Source of the DNA: Spirochaetota bacterium
GTDB taxonomy: Bacteria > Spirochaetota > UBA6919 > CBDBPB01
Direction: 5' to 3'
Assembly: GCA_965208615.1 (NCBI GenBank)
Contig: CBDBPB010000006.1
Span: forward strand, 128,001-192,000
DNA length: 64,000 bases
This document shows, one piece after another, positions 9,801-19,125 of the stretch (the first letter of the stretch is position 1; each line of letters starts with the position of its first letter). Below the pieces are notes generated by a model. It was not told where the DNA came from. It searched no databases and was given only the letters and a program-made list of their open reading frames with translations. Made by a program: the position numbers and the translations under genes.

Positions 9801-11163
9801 GGTATTAAGTATTGATAATAAGAATGGTTTAACATTTAGTCGTCTTGGGGAGTGTTATTATTACCTTAAGAACTATGATGATGCTATATCTACCTTGAAT
9901 AACGGGATTAAGGCTGGTAATAATGATTATGAGAGTTATAAATATTTAGCTAAAACTTATTTTGTATTGGAGAACTATGAAGCCGCAGTAGATAATTTGT
10001 TAGAGGCAATTAAGTTAAAGCCAAATACTATGGATGACTATTTTCAATTAGGTTATTCATATTTTAAGTTAGACAAGTATGAAAAAGCAATAGAGAATTT
10101 AAATATATATATTTTAGGCAGTAAAACTACTAATATAAAGAGGTTAGAGCATTCTCATACTCTTATGGGTTTATGTTATAAACATGTGAATGATATTAAG
10201 AATTCTATTGAGCATTTTTCAAAGGCTATTTATTATACCGAGCAGAATAACCCTCATGAGGAGCTTTATCCACCTACTTGTGCTTTTAGGGAAATGAAAG
10301 ATATTTTTATGGGAGTAGAAAAGTTTAAATATAAGGAGATCAAAGAAGAGAAGGCTATTTTTGTACCTAAAATATTAGAGGTTATAGATAATGAACTAAG
10401 CACTCCCATAACTAGTGTAAAAAATAGGATTAGCGATTTAAAAAATGAATATAACTCCTATAAGCTATTTTTAAATAGATTGGAAAAGGAGCTTTTTTTA
10501 ACTAAGGAACAACAAACTAAGTTAAAGACTATATTTGAGGAGACTAATTATTTTTCACTGGATAAAAACATAAAACATTTGATAGCTAACTCCCAGGACA
10601 ATATTTTACAAGCCATATCTACTATTATAAAGATGTTTGCTAATATCCAAAGGGAGGATAATGTTATAACTAATATTAATGTTAACCGGTTAATTGAGGA
10701 GTGTATATCTGATGTACTAAAGAGAAGTACTTTTGGTATGGAGCCTAAAATAGAAACATTTTTTGATTCTCTTCCGTATATAATGGGTACTGAGAAAAAG
10801 TTAAAGCATGCTTTTGATTCTATTTTAACTAATGCCAGTGATGCTATTAGCAATAATAGGGGTATAATAGAGATTCGTACTGAGAAGATTGACAGGGATA
10901 TTTTTATAACAATTAAGGATAATGGTATTGGTGTTGATAATGAGGTTCAGCAAAAGATATTCGAGCCATTTTTTACTACTAAGGTTCAGGGGGATGGTTT
11001 AGGTATTAATTTATATTTGGCAAAAAAGTTTCTTGAGGAACATAAAGGAACTGTATCATTTAGGAGTTTATTAAATCATGGGACAGTTTTTACTGTTAAC
11101 ATTCCGATTATAAAGGCTCCTGTTAAGATTAAGACTAATTCAGAGAAGGAGTTAGTATTATAG
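6808..11163 (+). CDS. Very large TPR-repeat protein with C-terminal histidine-kinase-like (degenerate HisKA + HATPase_c) module
   Basis: About 30 TPR-like repeats; N/G1/F/G2 boxes TNASDA, IKDNGIG, IFEPFFTTK, GDGLG; ATG 6808 follows a GGGAGGGGG RBS. Confidence 0.85.
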   Translation: MGSNIFVDYTKYYSSPDYEQEFKSSKGLKELPFNEILNPEKVGNLESLVETFKAKAEKNKNDDLSFYLWALTLSNLKRYNEALGKFELACKINPNYFEAYFNWSKILYELGKYEESEDKILKALDIKPANYEALFYYGVILFRLNKLKNAIDYFRLASQANSADYRSLYNLAISLYKTGKYNEAIDYFEQASNINPEDYDILFNWGNSLYKAGEYQDAIVKYKKAIKLKSNPAEAIFNMGMSQFALKNYKKAMTHYTTALDINPIDSSALNNLGVTLCELKNYEKALLKYEKASLISPDNYKLYNNWGVALTKIKKFKEAKDKYKKALELNPNNSTIFSNYSILLTENQVIDEAIQKCEYSISIDPDNSMAHNNLGIALSKIEKYEDAIANFKEAITLNPKNISPYENWEITLNILTQKYKNNLDSKYSKVFIELADFYLHLKRFEKAIRLYEIGIKISEEKVNVDILANLGRCYFENKDYNNSSNTLKKLLEVIPDDYVIHNQLALSLYGLENYEEAEFHFSRVKELKPSFENLNFNIGNVLYKLGEYQKAINSYLKVEDLNNDILYVHLGNAYKKAGYEDEPITYYLKAIDVNNDCALAFYQAGKAYYKKKNYEKALEFLKRAIIYLPKKPKIYFYIGTSLKQLGRYREAIDNISRALEIKGLVSLANNELGEAYIGIRNYSGAISAFEKAIEVDPNLDIAYNNLGIVYQKMKKEDKAVEQFQIALTINSNFVEAHRNLGVSYLSLERYEEANTKFAAANQLDCNKPKLFFDWGITQYYLNNYEGAIDKFSKYIYFKGGDYEAYYYLGLCYLGLKNYEDCESNLRKALELNTGYSRGYYYLAVALSQQEHYEEAINYFKRAISLDSNFHEVYLSLGNAYYEIKDYENAINSFERVILVNKKDPKAYIKLGQTLAKIKRNDEAISNFKKASELNIYDPIPYTSWGDILLDIDSFQEAVKKYKIANQYDPENVSIYFNWGFSLLKLKNYREAASKFEKVLSIDNKNGLTFSRLGECYYYLKNYDDAISTLNNGIKAGNNDYESYKYLAKTYFVLENYEAAVDNLLEAIKLKPNTMDDYFQLGYSYFKLDKYEKAIENLNIYILGSKTTNIKRLEHSHTLMGLCYKHVNDIKNSIEHFSKAIYYTEQNNPHEELYPPTCAFREMKDIFMGVEKFKYKEIKEEKAIFVPKILEVIDNELSTPITSVKNRISDLKNEYNSYKLFLNRLEKELFLTKEQQTKLKTIFEETNYFSLDKNIKHLIANSQDNILQAISTIIKMFANIQREDNVITNINVNRLIEECISDVLKRSTFGMEPKIETFFDSLPYIMGTEKKLKHAFDSILTNASDAISNNRGIIEIRTEKIDRDIFITIKDNGIGVDNEVQQKIFEPFFTTKVQGDGLGINLYLAKKFLEEHKGTVSFRSLLNHGTVFTVNIPIIKAPVKIKTNSEKELVL

Positions 11164-12228
11164 TTATAGGCTATTCTCAATCATTTTTTTTAATATATCT
11201 ATACCTTGTTCTGTTTTAGCTGATATAAAGCATGATTTATTATGTAAGGCCATTAGACGCTTAGGCATTTTATTTGTATTAAGCTTATCTATTTTGTTAA
11301 ACACATAAATAGTTGAGGCATTAGGAGCTTTTAAGTCATTTATAACTTTATTAACGCAGTTAATTCGTTCAGTTATTCCGTCGTAACTAACATCAATAAT
11401 GTGTAATAATAATTTAGCTGATGTCAGCTCTTCTAGAGTTGATTTAAATGATGCTATAAGATGATGGGGTAATTTATTAATAAATCCTACGGTATCTATA
11501 AGTATGATTGTTAGGTTTGGTGATATATATGCTTTTCTTACTGTGGAGTCTAGGGTAGTAAAGGGAGCATTATCCACAAATACCTTTGAATTGCTAAGTA
11601 GATTTAATAGGGATGATTTACCTGCGTTGGTGTAGCCCACAAGACATACTATATTTTGATTAGTTCTTTTTTTTCTTTTAGTTGCAAAGTTAGTAGATAT
11701 TTTTTTTAATAATTTTTTAATTACATATAGTCTTCGTTTAACAGAGCGTTTATCGGTTTCTAGTTGTGTTTCCCCTGGTCCTTTAAGTCCTATTCCTCCT
11801 TCTATTCTTGAGAGGTGGGTCCATCGTCTTTTAAGCCTTGGTAATAAATATGATAATTGTGCATGTTCAACCTGTAGTTTAGCCGCTTTAGTTTTTGCTC
11901 TAGAGGCAAATATATTTAATATTAACTCACTACGTCCTATTACTTTACAGTTTAGTATACCCTCTATATTCCTAGTTTGAGTTAGTGAGAGATCATCATC
12001 AAATATTATGATATTTACTTTTTTTTTAAGTATATCATTTTTTAGCTCCCTTAGTTTACCACTACCTATAAAGTATTTTGGATGTAATTTATTTCTTATT
12101 TGGATTATTTTATCTATTATATTTATGTTAGCAATGGTGCTTAGGTTTGAGAGTTCATCTAGTGAGTTAAAAATGGCATTTTTATTTTTGTTTGGCAGAC
12201 TAACACTAATTAGGATAGCTTTATCCAT
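11164..12228 (-). CDS. hflX: GTPase HflX
   Basis: GPGETQLETD, GYTNAGKSS, DTVGF, NKID. Confidence 0.96.
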   Translation of the reverse strand: MDKAILISVSLPNKNKNAIFNSLDELSNLSTIANINIIDKIIQIRNKLHPKYFIGSGKLRELKNDILKKKVNIIIFDDDLSLTQTRNIEGILNCKVIGRSELILNIFASRAKTKAAKLQVEHAQLSYLLPRLKRRWTHLSRIEGGIGLKGPGETQLETDKRSVKRRLYVIKKLLKKISTNFATKRKKRTNQNIVCLVGYTNAGKSSLLNLLSNSKVFVDNAPFTTLDSTVRKAYISPNLTIILIDTVGFINKLPHHLIASFKSTLEELTSAKLLLHIIDVSYDGITERINCVNKVINDLKAPNASTIYVFNKIDKLNTNKMPKRLMALHNKSCFISAKTEQGIDILKKMIENSL

Positions 12229-12944
12229 TAATTATTTTCTTTGACCTCAAAGTATGAATAAGCTTTTCCTATGGTATTCCTAATAATATTATTATTTAGG
12301 GGATCTTTTATCCAGCGGTCATCGACCACAAGGTTATAATAGAATTTACCTATGGGTAATTTTATTTTAATTTCCCATATTCCATCATTTATTTTAGTTA
12401 GTTTATGGGAGTTAGGATTCCACTGGTTAAATGTTCCAACAATATATACTTGTTTTGCGTTATGGTTTTTATATATAAATCTATAAAGGTTGGCCCTATC
12501 CTTTATTTTACTAGGGTTATTAAGTATATTGTAATTAATTAGGTCGTTTTGAATAGTGAAGGATGATAGATAATTACCCATTCCATCTTCTATTTTATTA
12601 TTGTTTTTGGGATCAGATATAAAGTTATTGTCTACTATAAGTTTATATGTATAACTACCTTTTTTTAGTTGGAACTTTTTAAATTTAATTGGTAAATATA
12701 GCTTCCACCATCCATCCCATAGGCCTATTTTATTTATATTTTTTCTAAATGGATATTTAAGACTCCACTGGTCAAAGCTGGATTTTAGATATACTTTAGC
12801 GGCATAATTATTATGGTAGAAAAAAGTAATTCCATTTTTATTAATTATAGGGTTATTTTGTTCTAATGAGAAAGTTCTATGCGGTATAAAAAGAATGGTA
12901 ATAAGGCTAATCAAAATTATCCTAATAAACAAAGTACCCTCCAA
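12228..12944 (-). CDS. Exported protein with two CBM48/AMPK-type glycogen-binding domains
   Basis: Signal peptide; two copies of the VY-GxFNxW...Y--VD--W--DPxN pattern. Confidence 0.8.
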   Translation of the reverse strand: MEGTLFIRIILISLITILFIPHRTFSLEQNNPIINKNGITFFYHNNYAAKVYLKSSFDQWSLKYPFRKNINKIGLWDGWWKLYLPIKFKKFQLKKGSYTYKLIVDNNFISDPKNNNKIEDGMGNYLSSFTIQNDLINYNILNNPSKIKDRANLYRFIYKNHNAKQVYIVGTFNQWNPNSHKLTKINDGIWEIKIKLPIGKFYYNLVVDDRWIKDPLNNNIIRNTIGKAYSYFEVKENN

Positions 12945-13043
12945 AAATAAGTTATTTATATGGTGGTATATATCGGTAAGGTTTATTAAAATCGACAGTA
13001 AAAACTATAAATATTGTTCGTTATAATTTTTATAAAAACCGTA

Positions 13044-14228
13044 TTATATAGTCTTTTTTGCTACTACCGTAATACCTTCTTTAGTTACTTTAAATATATC
13101 ATTATTATTTATATTATTGTCTATGCAATAATTTTCAGGTATTATAATATTTTTTTCTACTATTGTTTTAGTTAATTTTGCACCTTTTTTTATATGACTA
13201 TGTGAGAATAGTATACACTGATCTACTTCAGCATCTTCTTCTATTATTATATCTGGGGATAGTATAGAGTTTGTCACTTTTCCCTTTATATTAGCCCCAC
13301 CGGATATAATACTATTTATTAGATAGCCGTTATTTTTAGTTATACCTATCATAGATGGCGCACTATTGGATTGATATGTTCTAAACTTCCAGTCTTCGCC
13401 AAATAAGTCAAAGGAGCAGTCTTTATTTAGGAGGTCCATATTGGAGGTATAATATGAAGTTAGAGTGCCTACATCTCTCCAATACCTTGGTGAGCCGTCT
13501 TTGTTTTGGAAAGGAAAGGAGTATACTCTATGTTCGTTTATCATTTTTGGTATAATATCTTTTCCAAAGTCGTGTGAGGAGCTAGAGTCAGCATCAATTA
13601 TTAGCTGGTCTAAAAGAACATCTTTAGAAAATACATATATCCCCATGGAGGCAAGGGTAGTATTAGGTTTATTTGGTATAGGTTTAGGATTTTGAGGTTT
13701 TTCTTCAAAGCCTATTATTTTACCATCTTTTTTTACCTCCATTATACCAAAAGACTTACCTTCTTCTATACTTACTGGTATAGTGGCAATAGTTAGTTCT
13801 GCATTTTTTTCTATATGGTAATTAATTATTTCTCTATAGTCCATTTTGTAGATATGATCGCCGCCTAAAATCAAAACGTAGTCTGGAGATTCTTTTTCTA
13901 TTGTGAAGATATTTTGAAATATTGCATCAGCAGTACCTTGGTACCAGTTTTCAGAATGCCTTTGTTGTGGTGGATAAACGTCAATATATTCACCTAGTGG
14001 AGGGGATAGTATACTCCAGCCACTTCTAATATGTTTTTGCAAAGAGTCAGAAAGGTATTGCACCATTACATTAATTTGTCTTATTCCTGAGTTTATGCAG
14101 TTGGACAATACAAAATCAATTATTCTAAATCTGCCTCCAAAGAATACAGCAGGTTTACATCTATTTTCCGATAGAGGTGAAAGTCTACTTCCTTTACCTC
14201 CGGCTAGTATTATGGATAGTACTTTCAT
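13044..14228 (-). CDS. glgC: Glucose-1-phosphate adenylyltransferase
   Basis: LAGGKGSRL, KPAVFFGG, WYQGTADA, GDHIYKMDY, FEEKP, HDFGKDIIP, YWRDVGT. Confidence 0.97.
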   Translation of the reverse strand: MKVLSIILAGGKGSRLSPLSENRCKPAVFFGGRFRIIDFVLSNCINSGIRQINVMVQYLSDSLQKHIRSGWSILSPPLGEYIDVYPPQQRHSENWYQGTADAIFQNIFTIEKESPDYVLILGGDHIYKMDYREIINYHIEKNAELTIATIPVSIEEGKSFGIMEVKKDGKIIGFEEKPQNPKPIPNKPNTTLASMGIYVFSKDVLLDQLIIDADSSSSHDFGKDIIPKMINEHRVYSFPFQNKDGSPRYWRDVGTLTSYYTSNMDLLNKDCSFDLFGEDWKFRTYQSNSAPSMIGITKNNGYLINSIISGGANIKGKVTNSILSPDIIIEEDAEVDQCILFSHSHIKKGAKLTKTIVEKNIIIPENYCIDNNINNNDIFKVTKEGITVVAKKTI

Positions 14229-14459
14229 TTATTTTTACCTTTTTTACTTTTATGTGTTAATTTATATGCTATTATTTTTAAAGTTAAAATAATTTTATTT
14301 TGAAAATTAATTAGATTGATCTTTTAGAATTAAGAGTTAATTTTAAAAGACATATTATTAGTTGATTAATTTTTGTAATTATATAAAATGTACGTTAGTA
14401 AGTAAGAAATGGCTACTATTTTTTTTTATTATGAGTTTTTTTTAGATTTTTGTTGTTAG

Positions 14460-14562
14460 TAACAAAAGGGAGGCGACCTGGATGAAGTCGCCTCCTTTAA
14501 TCAAAAGGACCAATAATCTACCAGGTATCTACGGGAGGGACATACCTGATATTTATTATCTG
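14460..14562 (-). ncRNA. Candidate ~100-nt sRNA (C-rich-loop hairpin plus intrinsic terminator)
   Basis: GC-rich island in an AT-rich intergenic region; hairpin 14520-14550 with loop GUCCCUCCCGUAG; 9-bp stem 14469-14477/14487-14495 followed by CUUUUGUU; sigma28-like promoter immediately upstream. Confidence 0.6.
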
Positions 14563-14568
14563 GCTGAA

Positions 14569-14596
14569 TTATCGTAGTTGATAGTTAGAAACTTTA
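14569..14596 (-). promoter_or_regulatory. Sigma28-like promoter for the candidate sRNA
   Basis: TAAAGTTT-N12-TACGATAA versus consensus TAAAGTTT-N11-GCCGATAA. Confidence 0.5.
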
Positions 14597-14678
14597 ATAA
14601 GTTAATTTTTAAACTTAGTTTTTTAGTTATATTTTTTATTTGTTTATAACTTATTATTATGTTGAAAGGTATAAAATT

Positions 14679-14704
14679 TAAATACCTTGTATAAATGTCC
14701 GATA
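14679..14704 (+). promoter_or_regulatory. Sigma28 (FliA)-type promoter
   Basis: TAAA-N16-CCGATA upstream of the amidohydrolase/cNMP operon. Confidence 0.6.
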
Positions 14705-14865
14705 GAAAAAATGATATACTTATTTAGTATATTTAATGTTCCTTTTAGATAAGTAGTAATAATTTATTAGTTTTTTAATTAGTTAAAAATAAAGCTATTT
14801 AGGTTGAGCTATAGTAAAATAGTTATAAAATATGGTTTAATCAGAATAGTTTATGTATAAGCATT

Positions 14866-16134
14866 ATGGATAATAATAAAAGCTCTAAAGTATTAAAAAG
14901 TTCTATTAGTATGGGCTTTAATAAGATTGTTACTCCTTATGAGGTGTTAGATAATGGTATTATAACACTAGAGGGGGAGTATATTTTATCTATTGGTGAT
15001 AACGGAATTAGCAATAATGAAAAAAAGCTGGACTTTTCATTTGATAACTATATAGTTTATCCTGCTTTGATTAATAGCCATGATCATTTGCTTGGTTCCT
15101 ACTACCCAAGAGTTGGTGATAGAAAGCCTTATTTTAGCTGGAAGTTGTGGGATGATGATCTAAAGAGTTCTTCTGTTTATAGTGAAAGAAGTAAGATAGA
15201 TAATGTTGACCTATATTATTTAGGTTCTTTTAGAAATATGATTTCTGGAGTATTAACAGTATCTGACCATATCCCCCATTCTATTAATGACCCTATGATC
15301 CCCATAATGCCCATTAGGATTATAAAAGATTATGCTCTTGCACATGAGGTATCCGAATATGATTTAAAATGGGGAGAAGGTGTAGAGATAGAGCATAAAA
15401 AGGCTATCAATAATAATGAGCCTTTTATTACTCATATTGAAGAGGGTTTTGATGAGGAGTCTATGAAGGGAGTAGAATATCTGCTCGAAATGGAAGCTTT
15501 ATCTAATAACACTGTTTTAATCCACGGTATAGCTTTATCGGATGAAGATATTAAAATGATTGCCAAACATAGGGCTCATTTAGTTTGGTGTCCTTTTTCT
15601 AATTTTTATATGTTTGAAAGAACTGCAAGGGTAAAGGAGATATTGGATATTGGAGTTAATATTTCAATAGGCACAGACTCTCCTATGTCAGGTTCTTTAC
15701 ACATATTGGAAGAGGTAAAGTTTGCAAAAAATATTTTTTATGATATGTATAAAGAAGATTTATCTGACGAGCTTATAACAAAGATGATTACTGTTAACCC
15801 TGCTAAAGCACTACGTATTGATAACTTGCTTGGGAGTATATCTAAAGGGAAGAGAGCTGATTTTATTCTTATAAAAGATAAAGGAGCTGATCCTTATAGT
15901 ACATTAGTTGAGGCTAATCAAGAGGATATTGCCCTTATTTTTTATGGAGGTAAGCCACTTTATGGAAATGAGGATTTTTCTTATATTTTTGATAGTTTTA
16001 ATGTAGATTATAGTAAATTAAAAGTAAATAATGTTAAGAAGATTATTTCTGGTTATAATCCTTTAGATTTATTAAAAAAGATTAGAAAGATTGTTGGCTT
16101 TGAAAAAGATATACCGTTTTTACCTGTTGGATAG
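14866..16134 (+). CDS. Amidohydrolase-superfamily metal-dependent deaminase (MTA/SAH/guanine deaminase-like)
   Basis: INSHDH, THIEE, VLIHG, IGTDSP, GSISKGKRAD. Confidence 0.85.
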   Translation: MDNNKSSKVLKSSISMGFNKIVTPYEVLDNGIITLEGEYILSIGDNGISNNEKKLDFSFDNYIVYPALINSHDHLLGSYYPRVGDRKPYFSWKLWDDDLKSSSVYSERSKIDNVDLYYLGSFRNMISGVLTVSDHIPHSINDPMIPIMPIRIIKDYALAHEVSEYDLKWGEGVEIEHKKAINNNEPFITHIEEGFDEESMKGVEYLLEMEALSNNTVLIHGIALSDEDIKMIAKHRAHLVWCPFSNFYMFERTARVKEILDIGVNISIGTDSPMSGSLHILEEVKFAKNIFYDMYKEDLSDELITKMITVNPAKALRIDNLLGSISKGKRADFILIKDKGADPYSTLVEANQEDIALIFYGGKPLYGNEDFSYIFDSFNVDYSKLKVNNVKKIISGYNPLDLLKKIRKIVGFEKDIPFLPVG

Positions 16135-16155
16135 CGATTTTAAGGAGATATATTA

Positions 16156-17079
16156 ATGGCTAATACAAGAAGTTATAAGTCTGGTGCTGTTATTTATTTC
16201 GATGGGGATAAAAGCGATAGTATTTTTGTATTAAAGTCTGGTTGTGTAACTTTGACTTATTTAGATATTAGTATTAATGAACATGTTAGTGAGAGGTTAA
16301 AGGTTGGGGAGTTTTTTGGGGTAAAGTCGGCTATTGGGCATTTTAAGCGTGAGGAGACTGCTCATGTAGACAGGGATAGTACTGTACTTATATTAAGTGT
16401 AAAGGAATTTGAAGAGTTAGCTATTAAGAACACTAGGTTAGCCTTAAAAATGCTAAAGATATTTAGTACGCAGTTAAGGAGAGTAGGAAAACAAGCTACT
16501 GATTTAATTTCTGCTCCTGATAGTGAAGCTATTACAGGGCCTGGGTTATTATTTAATGTTGGTAAATTTTTTTTAAGGAATAAACGCTTTGATCACGCAA
16601 CTTATGCCTTTCATAGGTATATTGAGAACTACCCCGATGGTAGTTTATATAATGAGGCTCTAAAGGGCATAGACATGGCCAAGTCTGGTATTACAAGTGA
16701 AGATGAGGGTTTAGAAAGGTCATTGTACGATGAGGCCATTAATTTAATTGATGAAAAAGATTTTAATGGTGCTATTGATAAGTTAAATCAAATAGAGTTA
16801 ACTGATTCTGAGGTTAAAGAGTCTGTTATGTTTGAGTTAAGCAAATGTCATTTTGAGCTGGAAGATTACGATAGTTCAACTGACTTATTTACTAATCTAA
16901 TTAAAGAATTTCCTTCTACTGAGCGTATGAAAGAGGCACTACTTTATATTGGCAAATCTTATAATGAGCAGGGGGATAAGTTAAAGGCTAAAGATTTTTT
17001 TAATAAAGTTGTACAACTACCTCCTGTGGATGATCATATATCATTAGAAGCTAAAAACTTTTTGCAAGAAGGTGGGTAA
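16156..17079 (+). CDS. Cyclic-nucleotide-binding domain plus TPR protein
   Basis: IYFDGD...GEFFG...R-ETA cNMP fold; C-terminal TPRs (YIENYPDG, LIKEFPST). Confidence 0.85.
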   Translation: MANTRSYKSGAVIYFDGDKSDSIFVLKSGCVTLTYLDISINEHVSERLKVGEFFGVKSAIGHFKREETAHVDRDSTVLILSVKEFEELAIKNTRLALKMLKIFSTQLRRVGKQATDLISAPDSEAITGPGLLFNVGKFFLRNKRFDHATYAFHRYIENYPDGSLYNEALKGIDMAKSGITSEDEGLERSLYDEAINLIDEKDFNGAIDKLNQIELTDSEVKESVMFELSKCHFELEDYDSSTDLFTNLIKEFPSTERMKEALLYIGKSYNEQGDKLKAKDFFNKVVQLPPVDDHISLEAKNFLQEGG

Positions 17080-17084
17080 TACTG

Positions 17085-17744
17085 ATGCAAGGGCTTGGTG
17101 GAAACCTGTTTGAAAGGTTTGGTAAGATATTTACTCCAAATCAGATTATTTTTTGTGAGCATGAGCCTGGTAATGACCTTTATCTTATTCAGTCTGGAAG
17201 GGTAAAGCTTACTAAGGTAGTGGAGGATAAAGAAAAAACTATAGATATTCTTGAAGATGGTGATATTTTTGGTGAAATGGCAATATTAGAGGAAGCTCCA
17301 AGGAGTGCTAATGCTATTGCAGATAATGAGGTTAGGGTTCTTAGTTTTAATAAGATGAATTTTGAAATACTTTTAAAAGGTCAACCTCAGTTAGCGTTAA
17401 AAATATTGAAGGTTTTAAGTAAAAGGATTTATGAGGCAAAAAGGCGTCTTCAAATTCTTAATCTACCAAGTATAGAGGCTAAGGTTATTGACACTATGCT
17501 TATGCTTGCTGAGACTAAGGGTATTACTAATGAAAATGATGAAGAGGTTGAATTAAATACTAATGATGAGCAGATTGCAAGTTGGTGTGCTATAAAGTTA
17601 GAAGAGGCTAGAAAAGTATTGAATAAATACCATAATTTGGATAAGCTAAATATTCTACCTAATAAGATTATATTAAAAAATAGTAGTGAGTTATTTAGGT
17701 TTATTTATAACAAAAGAAAGCTACAGCTAGAAGATGAACATTAG
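17085..17744 (+). CDS. Crp/Fnr-family cNMP-binding regulator
   Basis: Canonical cassette GDIFGEMAILEEAPRSANA; degenerate C-terminal HTH. Confidence 0.88.
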   Translation: MQGLGGNLFERFGKIFTPNQIIFCEHEPGNDLYLIQSGRVKLTKVVEDKEKTIDILEDGDIFGEMAILEEAPRSANAIADNEVRVLSFNKMNFEILLKGQPQLALKILKVLSKRIYEAKRRLQILNLPSIEAKVIDTMLMLAETKGITNENDEEVELNTNDEQIASWCAIKLEEARKVLNKYHNLDKLNILPNKIILKNSSELFRFIYNKRKLQLEDEH

Positions 17745-17842
17745 CTAAGCATGACTTTTTTTAATTTTTTAGCATTATTTAATAGGCCAAACTTCCACTA
17801 ATGGAGTTTATAGTTATTCATTAAAGATGTTATAAATTTTCA

Positions 17843-17871
17843 TTGAAAAATCACTTTATATTAATTATATT
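17843..17871 (+). promoter_or_regulatory. Sigma70-type promoter of tRNA-Arg
   Basis: TTGAAA-N17-TATATT, 13 nt upstream of the tRNA. Confidence 0.55.
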
Positions 17872-17884
17872 TCATAAAAAATTA

Positions 17885-17958
17885 GGGTCTATAGCTCAGG
17901 TGGATAGAGCAGTGGTTTCCTAAACCATGTGCCAGAGGTTCGAGTCCTCTTAGACCCA
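17885..17958 (+). tRNA. tRNA-Arg(CCT), CCA not encoded
   Basis: Acceptor stem GGGTCTA/TAGACCC, anticodon loop TTCCTAA, T-loop TTCGAGT. Confidence 0.95.
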
Positions 17959-18054
17959 ACTTTCTATTATTAATATCTATAATTTATTTTCTAAAGGGTT
18001 TTATATAATAGGGATTATCTAAGGTTTTTAAATGTATTAAAGGTGATAATAACT

Positions 18055-19125
18055 GTGTTTGATAAACTAGATCAGCTTGAGTTGGATTATGAAAATATTG
18101 CTAAAAAGTTAAGTAGTAACGAGTTGGACTATAGGTCAAAAGAGTATTTAGAGCTTACTAAGGAGCATAGTAGTTTAGAGAAAACTGTAAGTATTTATAG
18201 GGAATATAAAAAATTATTAATCACTTTTGCAGAGACAGAAGAGATAATTAACTCTTCAAATGACTATGAGTTAAAAGAGATTGCTGTAGACGAGTTGGAA
18301 GAGCTTGGTAAAAAGCAAAAATCTTTGTTTAATGATCTTAAAATATCTTTATTCCCTAAGGATCCAAATAGTGGTAAAAACGTTATTATGGAGATAAGAG
18401 CTGGAACAGGGGGTGAAGAGGCCGCTTTATTTGCTGGTGATCTTTATAGGATGTATTTAAAAATGTCTGAGAGAAATAAGTGGAAAGTTGAAATACTTAG
18501 TTCTAATCATAGAGAGGTTGGTGGATATAAAGAAATCATATTTAGTGTCTCAGGGCAAGGGGTTTATGATAAGCTTAAGTATGAAACAGGGGGGCATAGG
18601 GTTCAGAGAATACCTGTAACTGAGTCTGGCGGCCGTATTCATACATCTGCAGTAACTGTTGCTGTTTTACCTGAGGTTGAGGATGCAGAAATTGATATAA
18701 ATCCTAGTGATCTTAGGGTTGATACCTATAGATCAAGTGGTCCTGGCGGACAAAGTGTTAACACTACTGACTCTGCAATAAGGATTACTCATATTCCTAG
18801 TGGATTGGTTGTTCAATGTCAGGATGAGAAGTCTCAACATAAAAATAAGGCAAAAGCTTTACGTGTGTTAAGAGCGAGGCTTAAAGAGAAGTTACAGCAG
18901 GAACAGCAAAAAGACATAGCTGAGGTTAGAAAGCTTCAAATAGGTTCTGGGGATAGATCAGAAAGAATAAGAACATATAATTTTCCTCAAAATAGGGTTA
19001 CTGATCATAGAATTAACCTTACTCTTTATAATAAGCTTGAGATTATGTTAAATGGTGAACTGGATGAATTTAGTGAAGTTCTTATTGAACTAGAAAAGAG
19101 TAAAATATTAAAGGTTGATGTTTAA
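18055..19125 (+). CDS. prfA: Peptide chain release factor 1
   Basis: GTGGEEA, PVT anticodon-mimic motif, GPGGQ; start GTG 18055 or 18043. Confidence 0.97.
   Translation: MFDKLDQLELDYENIAKKLSSNELDYRSKEYLELTKEHSSLEKTVSIYREYKKLLITFAETEEIINSSNDYELKEIAVDELEELGKKQKSLFNDLKISLFPKDPNSGKNVIMEIRAGTGGEEAALFAGDLYRMYLKMSERNKWKVEILSSNHREVGGYKEIIFSVSGQGVYDKLKYETGGHRVQRIPVTESGGRIHTSAVTVAVLPEVEDAEIDINPSDLRVDTYRSSGPGGQSVNTTDSAIRITHIPSGLVVQCQDEKSQHKNKAKALRVLRARLKEKLQQEQQKDIAEVRKLQIGSGDRSERIRTYNFPQNRVTDHRINLTLYNKLEIMLNGELDEFSEVLIELEKSKILKVDV

Noticed and set aside
14464-14550. Plus-strand CsrB/RsmY-like RNA (GGA motifs in both loops, next to glgC)
   Set aside because: Ranked below the minus-strand model because the promoter, most G-U pairs and the terminal position of the terminator favour minus; not fully excluded
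14229-14560. Known riboswitch upstream of glgC
   Set aside because: No aptamer consensus I can recognise
17885-18054. Integrative element at tRNA-Arg
   Set aside because: No integrase or duplicated tRNA 3' end; housekeeping genes on both sides
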